From positions 251,853 through 315,852 of IMG/VR virus record IMGVR_UViG_3300032245_001860: a stretch of DNA of 64,000 nucleotides; one strand, written 5' to 3'. Under the pieces are notes generated by a model. That model was not told the origin of the DNA. It saw nothing but the letters and a program-made list of their open reading frames with translations, and ran no database searches. Of this stretch, positions 51,356 through 60,468 are shown piece after piece (position 1 is the first letter of the stretch; every line of letters starts with the position of its first letter). A program made the position numbers and the translations under genes.

Positions 51356-51862
51356 TTAAACTATATAAAAATCCCATTCATCGTAATCATTTTTTGCAAA
51401 ATTGTTCATCATTGCATGAAAACTATATTTTGGACATCTTGGCTTAGAAAGTAATTTCATATTAGCTTGATCTAATGTTTTCCAAGCTTTATGTCCATTG
51501 CATCTTTTGCAGCAAGTAACTAAGTTTTCCCAAGTATGAGTTCCACCTAAATGTCTTGGATAAACGTGGTCTAATGTAAGTTCGTTATTTCTAACACCGC
51601 AATATTGACATGTGTAATTGTCTCTGTTATAAATGCCTAATCTTGAAACTTTATATTCTCTTGTGAATTTTCTTTTTACTTGATAATTTAGTCTAAGAAC
51701 TGTAGGTCTTTGGATGAATTCACCACTGATTGTTAATAAAAAATCATCTTCTAAAATATGTAAAGGTTCAGCTTTACCTTTTAGCATCATATTCACTGCT
51801 TTTCTCATTGTGCAAATAGACAATGGTTCATAATCAGCATTGAGCAATAAGACTCGATTCAT
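51356..51862 (-). CDS. HNH endonuclease (McrA-like)
   Basis: VLLLNADYEPL, RDNYTCQYCG, TLDHVYP, CCKRCNGHK. Confidence 0.9.
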   Translation of the reverse strand: MNRVLLLNADYEPLSICTMRKAVNMMLKGKAEPLHILEDDFLLTISGEFIQRPTVLRLNYQVKRKFTREYKVSRLGIYNRDNYTCQYCGVRNNELTLDHVYPRHLGGTHTWENLVTCCKRCNGHKAWKTLDQANMKLLSKPRCPKYSFHAMMNNFAKNDYDEWDFYIV

Positions 51863-51948
51863 AATTCAATTATACCTCCAATGTTTTCTGCAAGCTTATT
51901 TGTAGGTACTAAAATCATAATTATGTAAAATTATTTTTGAGGTAAATT

Positions 51949-52257
51949 ATGAACTTAGATACATTTAATTTCAACGACACAATAGAGTCAGAAACCAGAC
52001 CCGTACTTGTTAAATTTTGGGCATCTTGGTGTGGTCCCTGCAAAGCTTATGCCCCAACCTTTGAAAAATTTGCAGAAGAAAATCCTGATGTTGCTTGTTT
52101 CTCTGTAGATTGTGAAGAAAGTAAAGATTTAGTAGAAGAGTTTCACATTATGTCTATACCTGTAACTTTACTTTTTAAAAATGGTGAAAATGTAACTCAA
52201 AAACAAGGCAAATTGACAGCAAATGATCTAAGCCAATTAGTAGCTGAGCACAAATAA
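51949..52257 (+). CDS. trxA: Thioredoxin
   Basis: FWASWCGPCK, IMSIP. Confidence 0.93.
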   Translation: MNLDTFNFNDTIESETRPVLVKFWASWCGPCKAYAPTFEKFAEENPDVACFSVDCEESKDLVEEFHIMSIPVTLLFKNGENVTQKQGKLTANDLSQLVAEHK

Positions 52258-52317
52258 TAATAGGTTTTATAACCCTATATTTGTAATATATTTAGTATTA
52301 CTCCCAAGGATTGTCAA

Positions 52318-53850
52318 ATGGATAAAAAAATATTAGATAACTTGAATGAAATTTCAATGGTTTTTGAAGATTTAGGTATGGATAAGCAAGCAGATATTGT
52401 TAATGAAATTTTTCTTAAAGTCGCTAAAAAGAAAGCTAAAAAGAAGAATGTCCCAACCAATCCTTCTTTGTGGTCAGAATGTAAAGCTTGGGCTAAAAGA
52501 ACATTTGATGTATATCCTTGCGTACCATTAGATTCTATGGCACTAACTAAAAAAGGTTGGGCTGAATATTCTGATTTGAATATTGGGGATGAAATTCTTA
52601 CTTACAATCAAAAGATAGATAAACTTGAATGGAAACCTATTATTGATCTACATTTCTACGAAGATGCTCCTACTTTAAGCTTAAAAAAATTGCAAACAAA
52701 TTTTAAAGTAAGGTGTACTCCTGATCACAAGTGGGTTTTGAAAACATATAATTCAAAATATCCTGACAGTTTAGTACAAGCAAAAAATATTACAAAAAGA
52801 ATGAGTCTAAAAACAGCTGCTGAAATAGTTGATGACGTAAACGAAAATTTAAATTTATCTAATTGGAGAAAAGGTGACGATTGGGTTGAAAATGTCTTAA
52901 AAATGTCAAAAACTCAATTAGAAGCTTTTTTTGCAGCTGGTATTGTTTATGATGGCAATGATAAAGGTTTGTCATCATTGAATAGAAGCACTTATGGTTT
53001 TTCTCAGAAAAATATAAATCATGGTGAAGCTATGGAAATTGCTGCTGTACTTTTAGGATACAGAGTTTCGTTTGTTCAGAAAATGCACAATATGGAAATG
53101 AAATCATGGACATTTATCAAACGTGATTCTGAAAGCACTGGCAATCTTATTATTGAAGAAGATTTAAATTGTGATGTTTGGTGCCCTCAAACTGAAAACA
53201 ATACTTGGGTCATGAAACAAGGAAGAATTATTACCATTACTGGAAATAGTGCCTACGCCAATGGTGCTGCAGCCAAAAGATATAAATCAAAGGGCGGCGG
53301 ATGGAAAAAAGCAAGCTCTGATTCTAACATGAGATTAGCTCAGGAAGTTACAGAAACACCAATCACTTCTTTTAATCTTCCTGGTGGCGAATCTGATCAA
53401 GCTTTTGAAAAAAATCCACAATCAATATATCAACAAGCTATCAATCAAATTAAGAATTTAATTGTTTCAAATAAAAGAAAAGATGCTAATGATGTGTTTT
53501 CATATTATTTTAATGGCACAGATTTAAGTCCAGCTCAAAAAACAGCATTGCAAAATCAATACAATTCTATTTTGGATAGATTTACAAGCAAAGACAAAGA
53601 CTTTAATTTATCTAATCCTATGGCTCAACAATACCTATTAGAAGAAGACACAAAAGCAAATACTTATGTAGCTAATTTTATCAAGAGATTAGGAATACCC
53701 AAGGCTCAAATAACTAATAATTCAAAAGCATTCAGTGATATCTCAAAATTGATATCAACGATTAAGGATATTAATATCAGATACAAAGCTATTGATGTCC
53801 TTAAGGGTATTGTAAATATGAATTCTCAAACCTCAAGAGTAAAACCATAA
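52318..53850 (+). CDS. Leader-family protein with DUF5872-like motif, interrupted by an intein
   Basis: Exteins rejoin as KRTFDVYP|SAYANGAAAKRYKSKGGGW. Confidence 0.85.
   Translation: MDKKILDNLNEISMVFEDLGMDKQADIVNEIFLKVAKKKAKKKNVPTNPSLWSECKAWAKRTFDVYPCVPLDSMALTKKGWAEYSDLNIGDEILTYNQKIDKLEWKPIIDLHFYEDAPTLSLKKLQTNFKVRCTPDHKWVLKTYNSKYPDSLVQAKNITKRMSLKTAAEIVDDVNENLNLSNWRKGDDWVENVLKMSKTQLEAFFAAGIVYDGNDKGLSSLNRSTYGFSQKNINHGEAMEIAAVLLGYRVSFVQKMHNMEMKSWTFIKRDSESTGNLIIEEDLNCDVWCPQTENNTWVMKQGRIITITGNSAYANGAAAKRYKSKGGGWKKASSDSNMRLAQEVTETPITSFNLPGGESDQAFEKNPQSIYQQAINQIKNLIVSNKRKDANDVFSYYFNGTDLSPAQKTALQNQYNSILDRFTSKDKDFNLSNPMAQQYLLEEDTKANTYVANFIKRLGIPKAQITNNSKAFSDISKLISTIKDINIRYKAIDVLKGIVNMNSQTSRVKP
52519..53247 (+). 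mobile_element. Intein (243 aa) with remnant LAGLIDADG-like region
   Basis: Cys1 (CVPLDS), block B CTPDHKW, AFFAAGIVYDG, block F DVWCPQT, terminal ITGN followed by Ser+1. Confidence 0.9.
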
Positions 53851-54149
53851 TGGCATTTCAAAAAGATCAAGAGTTAGACAGTGGATTTACTGGAAACTAT
53901 TGGAGATTGTCTGCTGTAAATGTTTACTGTGAAGGCGATCCAGCAGTTTCTATCAGTATGTTTTTATATAAAGATAGAAATGCCAGATTGCAAGGAAAAT
54001 CATCAATATCAGATATGTTGATTCAAATTCCACTATCATCTATTGATTCGACATTCTCATATGATTTTAGAGCTTGTATCTATAACAGATTGAAACAATT
54101 GGAATATTGGCAAGATGCAATAGATGTTATTGAAGAAGATGGTTCATAA
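53850..54149 (+). CDS. Hypothetical protein, paralogue of the next gene
   Basis: GNYWR...ARLQGKS...FSYDFRACIY. Confidence 0.7.
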   Translation: MAFQKDQELDSGFTGNYWRLSAVNVYCEGDPAVSISMFLYKDRNARLQGKSSISDMLIQIPLSSIDSTFSYDFRACIYNRLKQLEYWQDAIDVIEEDGS

Positions 54150-54161
54150 GGAAATAAAAAA

Positions 54162-54731
54162 ATGGCTTTTGAATTAAATAGAGATTTACCCTCAGGTGTA
54201 TCAGGAAATTATTGGAAGATTAGCTCTGCATTAGTTGCTTGTAGTACAGATTATCCAACTTGTGATGTTTATTTAGAATTGTTTTTGACAAGACAAGCAA
54301 GATTAGATGGGAAATCATCATTGCTGACACAAGTTGTAGGAGTTCCATTAGCAATAGTAGATATGTCATTCTCATATGATTTCAGAGCTTGTTTATATAA
54401 TACTATAAAGTCATTTCCTGAATGGACATCCGCTGTAGATATATTTGATGACCCTAATCACGTTCCTGTTGCTAATAATGTAAATTTGGTCACCGATTTT
54501 GAAACTGCTAAAAATATTACTTTTTCAGCATATGACAATTTCAATGCTCCTATTACAATCAGCGTTGTAGATCAGCCAACTAATGGAGTAATCACAGAAA
54601 GCAATGGAGTATTTACTTACACTCCTAATGCTGGTTACTCAGGTTCTGATCTTGCTACATACAAGGCATCAAATAGTCAATTTGATAGTACTCCGGCAAA
54701 TATTAATATCACAGTAAATCCAGGTGCATAA
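54162..54731 (+). CDS. Paralogous domain fused to an Ig/cadherin-like (Big_9-type) domain
   Basis: GNYWK...FSYDFRACLY; PTNG...FTYTPNAGYSGSD..TYKAS. Confidence 0.75.
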   Translation: MAFELNRDLPSGVSGNYWKISSALVACSTDYPTCDVYLELFLTRQARLDGKSSLLTQVVGVPLAIVDMSFSYDFRACLYNTIKSFPEWTSAVDIFDDPNHVPVANNVNLVTDFETAKNITFSAYDNFNAPITISVVDQPTNGVITESNGVFTYTPNAGYSGSDLATYKASNSQFDSTPANINITVNPGA

Positions 54732-54732
54732 T

Positions 54733-55269
54733 ATGGAAAAAGAATCAAAGTGGACACAAAAATATAAAGATTCTATCGATTGCAGCAAACCACAAAAAGG
54801 CTTCAGTCAAAGAGCCCATTGCCAAGGAAAAAAGAAAAAGAAAAAATCTAAGGCATCTGTTTTGGAAACCTTGAATAAGATAGCAATTCAGCTTGAAAAT
54901 TCTGGTAAGTTTTCATTAGCATCAGAAGTCAATGACGTTTTTATTAAGGTAGCAAATAAATTCAAACCAGAATATAAAGTTCCTTTTCCTATGAATCTTG
55001 ATGACGCTTTAAACAATTATGATTCAAGCAATTATGAAGTTGATGTTGAAGGCGATTGGGAAGAAACTGAGCCTATTTCAGATTTTAGAGAAGAAGCTTC
55101 GGATGATTTACTTCATTCACCAGCAGCAGTCGATGATAATCACTTAATTTTCTATAACGAAGATGAAGATCATGTTGAAGTAATGAATATGGTTCCTAAA
55201 CATCATTTAGATAGTTTACATAAAAATCCAAGCAAACAAACTAAATTCATAAAAAGAGCCGAAGACTAA
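54733..55269 (+). CDS. Hypothetical protein: basic Cys module plus internal leader motif
   Basis: KWTQKYKDSIDC..QKGFSQRAHCQG; LNKIAIQLENSG. Confidence 0.75.
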   Translation: MEKESKWTQKYKDSIDCSKPQKGFSQRAHCQGKKKKKKSKASVLETLNKIAIQLENSGKFSLASEVNDVFIKVANKFKPEYKVPFPMNLDDALNNYDSSNYEVDVEGDWEETEPISDFREEASDDLLHSPAAVDDNHLIFYNEDEDHVEVMNMVPKHHLDSLHKNPSKQTKFIKRAED

Positions 55270-55292
55270 AAAGGGGAGCAATGCTCCCCTTG
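55269..55292. terminator. Intrinsic terminator between convergent genes
   Basis: Inverted repeat AAGGGGAGCA/TGCTCCCCTT. Confidence 0.8.
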
Positions 55293-56141
55293 TTATTTAT
55301 TTCTAATCAATAGTTCAGTTGCTGGTTTTGCTTCATAACCATCATCTGTCTTCTTTCTTCTTCCTGCTGTGTAAGTAACAGGGAATTTATCCACTAAAAG
55401 ACCAGTATTATCAAAGAAACCATCTTCTATATCTCTGTTGCATAAAAACACGTCAGATTGCTTATTTGACCTTACAAAATTCAGTAGTTTATTTTGATCA
55501 TCATCTGAAAACTCTTGACCGTAAGAAGTAAACGATCCTCTGTATGGTGGATCTAAAAATATAAAATGTTCAGGCTCATCTACAGCATAACTTACTGCAT
55601 CAGACCAATCACCAGAAAGCACTGATGCAGTTTGCAATTTGTCATGCCACCATTCAACTACTTCTTTTTCATACACTTTATCTTTTTGATTTAGTAAACC
55701 AGATGGCGTTCCGTATCTATTGTTTGTATTGATATTAAGTTGATAGATACCATTAAAACCTGTTTTCATTAAAAAATAAAGTACAGCTGCTTCTTTGACA
55801 GTATCCCAAGCTGCATAATCATAAGCATGTTGATGTCTTAAAGAATAATAGTAATCTTTTCTACCAGCTTTATCTAATGGTAAATATTCTTTTGACATTT
55901 CATCCATAAAATTAATGAAATCTTCGTGATTATCTCTGATCGTTTTGTATATACGAACAATATCACTGTTGACATCATTGATGATAAGATGCTTTGGATT
56001 ATAATGTTCAACTACATGAATGAACATTGCTCCACCGCCAAAAAATGGTTCTATATAAGTTTTGACCGATTTTGGCATGAATGGCTTATAATGCTTAAGC
56101 ATTTTATTCTTACCGCCAGCCCAAATAAATAAAGGTTTCAT
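55293..56141 (-). CDS. DNA adenine N6-methyltransferase, Dam/D12 (alpha) class
   Basis: WAGGK, EPFFGGGA, IND, FLDPPY. Confidence 0.92.
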   Translation of the reverse strand: MKPLFIWAGGKNKMLKHYKPFMPKSVKTYIEPFFGGGAMFIHVVEHYNPKHLIINDVNSDIVRIYKTIRDNHEDFINFMDEMSKEYLPLDKAGRKDYYYSLRHQHAYDYAAWDTVKEAAVLYFLMKTGFNGIYQLNINTNNRYGTPSGLLNQKDKVYEKEVVEWWHDKLQTASVLSGDWSDAVSYAVDEPEHFIFLDPPYRGSFTSYGQEFSDDDQNKLLNFVRSNKQSDVFLCNRDIEDGFFDNTGLLVDKFPVTYTAGRRKKTDDGYEAKPATELLIRNK

Positions 56142-56665
56142 TAATTTTCCTTACCCAAATACGCCATCATTATACTTTCAATTTCTTGTTCTGTAAATCC
56201 ATTCTCATTCAGAAAAAATACACAGCTTAATGGATCTAACTTTTTCATTGTCTCTGAAAACTTATGTAATATTTTTCCTTCACAACATCCACTTCCAGAT
56301 AAAAATGTAATATATTTTACTTGTGGATTTAACATTTTGCAAAGTATATAGTTTTTGCCCCATCTTTCTATTGCATTCCCATCTTGGCCTTGATGCTTGC
56401 TTTCAAATACATAACAAAGATTTCTCTGCTTGCCTCTTGGTTGATCAAACCAAAATCCGCCATCAGGTACACAACCTAAACTAACATCAAGATTGACAAA
56501 TTCTGGAAGTTTTCTTTTGCCATTTTTATCGTTGTAATGTTCTTTTTCAAAATAATATTTGCTGCGTAGAGATGATGCAATTTTGTTCATTGCTTTTTTA
56601 GTGTTATCATCTAAGCTTTTTGATTCACGGGTAGTTGCGATATCACCCCTGCCACCTTTACTCAT
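56141..56665 (-). CDS. EcoRI/MunI-like type II restriction endonuclease
   Basis: PDGG...ESKHQG...GNAIER; TAATG-coupled to the methyltransferase. Confidence 0.75.
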   Translation of the reverse strand: MSKGGRGDIATTRESKSLDDNTKKAMNKIASSLRSKYYFEKEHYNDKNGKRKLPEFVNLDVSLGCVPDGGFWFDQPRGKQRNLCYVFESKHQGQDGNAIERWGKNYILCKMLNPQVKYITFLSGSGCCEGKILHKFSETMKKLDPLSCVFFLNENGFTEQEIESIMMAYLGKEN

Positions 56666-56743
56666 AAAAAATACCTCAAAGTAGGTGAAAAATATACACC
56701 CCTGTAAAAGTATATCATAAGTTTAAATATAAAGGCAATACTT

Positions 56744-57547
56744 ATGGATAAATGGCGAATAATTGAAGCTAAAAATCATGGTGGATTGGATGATTGGTTT
56801 AACAAAGAAAAATGGGTAGATGTCTCTCGTCCTAAAAAGAAAGGCAAAGGATATGAGCCTTGTGGACGTGGCGATACTTCAAAAGGAAAAAAACCAGTTT
56901 GCACTCCTGCTAATAAAGCTAAGAATCTTACCGAAAAAGAACGCAAAAACAGAATTCGCCAAAAAAGAAAAAAAGAAAAAGAACCAAATCCGGACAAGAA
57001 GCCAAATAATACAACATATTCTCCTGGCGCTGGTGGAAAATCAAATGTTTCTGAAACCAACAATATAAGATTTGTTGGAAGTATAATTCCATTATCGGAA
57101 TTACGTCCAAAACAACCTAAATTTGTTAAAATTGCAATCTTAGGCGAAGAAGATGAAATCCCATCTACTGAAATATCTGGAATGTTTTCAGAACAAGATG
57201 ATAAAATATCAGCTATGGCAGAACAAATTCAAGAAGAAGCATTTACAAAACTTGCTGAAATACTATCTCATCAAATGGGTTTAAGTGGTCCTGACGCTCC
57301 TTCAATAAGCTCTATAAAGTATTATGAAAATCCAGTTCAAGAAGAAATGACTGAACAAGAATACCTTAGATTTATACGTCATAAAAGTGCTGTAATTCGT
57401 AGCATGCATAAACAAGCTAAAGAAAATTCAGATTCTAAAATGTATGAAATTACATACAAAATGGCAGTCAATGGTTCTAATCCTTTTAATTATTCGGATA
57501 TTGTAAAAGTAGTTAGGGAAGTTTTAGAAAATTCAAATTCCAATTAA
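56744..57547 (+). CDS. Hypothetical protein with basic DUF5872-like module
   Basis: GGLDDWFNKEKWVDV...PCGR...PVCTP; KFVKIA, then an acidic domain. Confidence 0.7.
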   Translation: MDKWRIIEAKNHGGLDDWFNKEKWVDVSRPKKKGKGYEPCGRGDTSKGKKPVCTPANKAKNLTEKERKNRIRQKRKKEKEPNPDKKPNNTTYSPGAGGKSNVSETNNIRFVGSIIPLSELRPKQPKFVKIAILGEEDEIPSTEISGMFSEQDDKISAMAEQIQEEAFTKLAEILSHQMGLSGPDAPSISSIKYYENPVQEEMTEQEYLRFIRHKSAVIRSMHKQAKENSDSKMYEITYKMAVNGSNPFNYSDIVKVVREVLENSNSN

Positions 57548-57566
57548 AACGAATAAAAAGGATTAC

Positions 57567-58238
57567 ATGGAAACTATTTTTATTATTAAGAATTTTAAAA
57601 GAACAAAAGATTGTGTCTTGACTATTAAGAGTATTAGGCATTTTTGTGATAATGAAATACATATTCTACATTTATTTAATGAAAGTATTGACGAATACAA
57701 AACATCAGAACTTTCATATAATGAAGAATTAATGAGTATGGGTGTAATCCAATTTTTTGGTAAAACAAAGTATAATTGTGGTCCAGGTTGTTTAAGTCCA
57801 GTGAATGGTTTGTATTATTCTGAGGGATTGAATTATTGTTCTGAAATTTTTAAGGGTCAAAACAAAAAAGTAATATTTTTAGATGAAAATCATTTTTTCA
57901 CTACAGGTGAAACAATTAAATTTTTATTAGATAATGATTATGATTTTGCTTATGGAACTTGGGGCGATCCTACACTTAGTGGTGAAGATGAAAATACGTT
58001 GCCTAATTGCTCATTATTAGGTTTTAATTTTTTTAATTTAAAACATTTATTTCCTATCCAAGAAGTCATAATGTTTTGTGAACCTCTAATCAGTCAAGAA
58101 ATTCTTGCTAAAATCACAGACAAATCTCGTATTTATAAAATACCAACCAGAATAAGAGACAATTATTGTGGAGATGGTTTTTGGACTAATGATTATGATC
58201 AAATGTATGATGCTTTGCAAAAAAGTGGAATCGTATAA
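57567..58238 (+). CDS. Putative GT-A fold glycosyltransferase
   Basis: FKR..CVLTIKSI, GLNY, VIFLDENH (DxD-like position). Confidence 0.55.
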   Translation: METIFIIKNFKRTKDCVLTIKSIRHFCDNEIHILHLFNESIDEYKTSELSYNEELMSMGVIQFFGKTKYNCGPGCLSPVNGLYYSEGLNYCSEIFKGQNKKVIFLDENHFFTTGETIKFLLDNDYDFAYGTWGDPTLSGEDENTLPNCSLLGFNFFNLKHLFPIQEVIMFCEPLISQEILAKITDKSRIYKIPTRIRDNYCGDGFWTNDYDQMYDALQKSGIV

Positions 58239-58265
58239 AAAAATATTATTATAAGGAAAAATAAA

Positions 58266-58847
58266 ATGATCAAGTTTGCATCACATGTTATTGAAGTAGG
58301 AAAATTATTTCCTAAATCTGGCAAACAACAAAAGTTTGTCAAAGTTGCTATGGGGCCTGGATTATCTATGCTTGCTGGTGGTTTAGAAAAAGCTGTTGAA
58401 CAGTTGGCTTCTAAACTTCATGAAAAATGGGCAGAAGGTTTTAGAGCTGGTGAAATGGCTAAGGGCAATGAAAACCCTACCAGAATGAAAGATGATGGTA
58501 TGGGCGGACAGGTAGATATTCTTAATACATCCTATGCAGAATTACCAGCAAAATGGCAAGCAGAAAATAAAGCACAAGCAGAATCAGCCATTGGATTAGT
58601 AGCAAAAGATATGCCTGGAGCAATGGATAATCTTGAAAATTTAGCAGCTCAAGTTCACGAGCAATGGTTGTCAAGAAACTCCTGGGCTAAAGATGGTCCT
58701 TTAGGTGTTGCTTATTCTGAATTACCTGAAGAAGAGAAGCAAAAAGATAGGGATGTTATTACTTCAGCTCATGAAATTCTTAGCCAAATGATGGGCGGAG
58801 AAGAAGATGTAATGCCTGAAGAAACTGAAGAACCAAGTGAATTTTAA
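58266..58847 (+). CDS. Tandem RyR-repeat domain protein
   Basis: LASKLHEKW...SYAELP and LAAQVHEQW...AYSELPEEEKQKDR. Confidence 0.75.
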   Translation: MIKFASHVIEVGKLFPKSGKQQKFVKVAMGPGLSMLAGGLEKAVEQLASKLHEKWAEGFRAGEMAKGNENPTRMKDDGMGGQVDILNTSYAELPAKWQAENKAQAESAIGLVAKDMPGAMDNLENLAAQVHEQWLSRNSWAKDGPLGVAYSELPEEEKQKDRDVITSAHEILSQMMGGEEDVMPEETEEPSEF

Positions 58848-59272
58848 TATTTAGAAATAAATATCTTTTTATTCAACAATAAATCCCAAACCAGTGCAAG
58901 TCGTCCTTTTAAAGATAATTGCACTGGTTTTTCTATGTAATCTTCCAAAATATTTTCTAAAAGTTCTTCAGCACTATTGACAGCGTTTGGGTTATAATCA
59001 TTGGTAGCAGAGTCAATTACAAACTCATAATATTTAATGGCTTTTTTATCAGAAGGAGAATATGCTTCTAAAAATTGTTCCATGGTAAAAGTATAGATGT
59101 TGTTAAAAACATCAAAAGCAACCCATATATTTGGATCTATTTCCAAAAAGGCTTCAGTGTTAGGTATTTTTACTAATTCTGGCTCAAAACAATATCTCGC
59201 TTCAATTTGCTGAGGTTGTTTTGATGATAAATTATTATGAAAACTGAAATAATGCTGGCTATAAGAGTTCAT
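58844..59272 (-). CDS. Hypothetical protein
   Basis: 142-aa ORF. Confidence 0.6.
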   Translation of the reverse strand: MNSYSQHYFSFHNNLSSKQPQQIEARYCFEPELVKIPNTEAFLEIDPNIWVAFDVFNNIYTFTMEQFLEAYSPSDKKAIKYYEFVIDSATNDYNPNAVNSAEELLENILEDYIEKPVQLSLKGRLALVWDLLLNKKIFISKY

Positions 59273-59294
59273 AGATATATTAATTGTACATAAA

Positions 59295-59870
59295 TCAAAC
59301 TGTGTTTTGAAATTTTTCTTTTATTTTAATCAAGGCTTTATTAGCTGTCATGTTTGCAAATTGCCTTGATACACCATAAATATTTGCTACTTCTTTGAAT
59401 GTATATCCTTCAATGTAAATCAAAGAAAGTATATTTTTTTCTTTATCTGACAATATGGATAAATATTCTTCTGTCAATATTTTGTTAATCACTAAAGAAT
59501 CTGTGATAGAAGATGTTTTACATTTTTCATTTATGTAGTTTTCTTGAAATATTTCAGAATCTACAATTTCAGGTATTTTGCTTAAATCTGAAAATGCAGC
59601 ATTAGGTATTTTTATTAAACCAGTGTCGTATCTTGTGTAATGACTAAGATAAAAATTTATATAGTTGTAAATGTGAGTAATAAGCTTGACATTCTTTGCA
59701 GGATCAAAAGTCCTGAATGCCTTAATTGCTCCAAGTTTAGCCTCTTGAACTAAATCTTCTAAAGCATATTTGCCATGATATCTTTTATGGACAAAATGAG
59801 CATGTTTCATTATCAGTTTGTTGTATTGTAAGAGCATTTTTTCTTCAGCTTTATCTTGCTTAGTTTTCAA
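59295..59870 (-). CDS. Sigma70-family RNA polymerase sigma factor
   Basis: EDLVQEAKLGAIKAFRTFDP (region 2); GYTFKEVANIYGVSRQ (region 4 HTH). Confidence 0.88.
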   Translation of the reverse strand: MKTKQDKAEEKMLLQYNKLIMKHAHFVHKRYHGKYALEDLVQEAKLGAIKAFRTFDPAKNVKLITHIYNYINFYLSHYTRYDTGLIKIPNAAFSDLSKIPEIVDSEIFQENYINEKCKTSSITDSLVINKILTEEYLSILSDKEKNILSLIYIEGYTFKEVANIYGVSRQFANMTANKALIKIKEKFQNTV

Positions 59871-60468
59871 TTTTTGCTACCCTTGCATATGATTTCCAAA
59901 CTTCTAAATCAAAATCAGCTACATTCTTTTCATTAAGTTTACACCAAAATAAAAACTTATCTTCCCAAAATCTGTAAGTCAAAGGAATTACGGGTGTAGA
60001 TTTTGGCGCACGATCATCTATATTTTCTTTTATAAACTTGAGAATATGTGTATCTAATATTGCAATTTTATCTTTGTAAAATGTGTCAGAATGTAAAAGA
60101 AAAAATCTACTTGTTTTCATTCCAACACCAGGAATTTCTTCTAATATTTTTGGTGTCATTTTACTCAAATTATATTCACGTTCAGATATATATTTAAATC
60201 CAGAATAGATTTTCTTATACTGACCAAGTTTTGCTTTTTTAATTTCTTCAAACAAAATGCCGTGTTGTTCAGCGCTTTTTATTATTTGAAAGGGATTTAT
60301 ATTTTCTGGCATCATCAATCTTTTATTTACTGATGAAAGAAAATCTTGTAGTTTTTGAGCTTGAATATAAGCTGTTTTTCCTGCTACTACTATACAAAAT
60401 AACAGAAACTCTTCAAGCTCATTTTTTGTGCGATTATAGTTAGTAATGTTATATGGATCTATCATCAT
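59860..60468 (-). CDS. HhH DNA glycosylase/AP lyase, 8-oxoguanine (Ogg-like) type
   Basis: LEEIPGVGMKTSRFFL, IAILDTHI, FDLEVW. Confidence 0.75.
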   Translation of the reverse strand: MMIDPYNITNYNRTKNELEEFLLFCIVVAGKTAYIQAQKLQDFLSSVNKRLMMPENINPFQIIKSAEQHGILFEEIKKAKLGQYKKIYSGFKYISEREYNLSKMTPKILEEIPGVGMKTSRFFLLHSDTFYKDKIAILDTHILKFIKENIDDRAPKSTPVIPLTYRFWEDKFLFWCKLNEKNVADFDLEVWKSYARVAKIEN

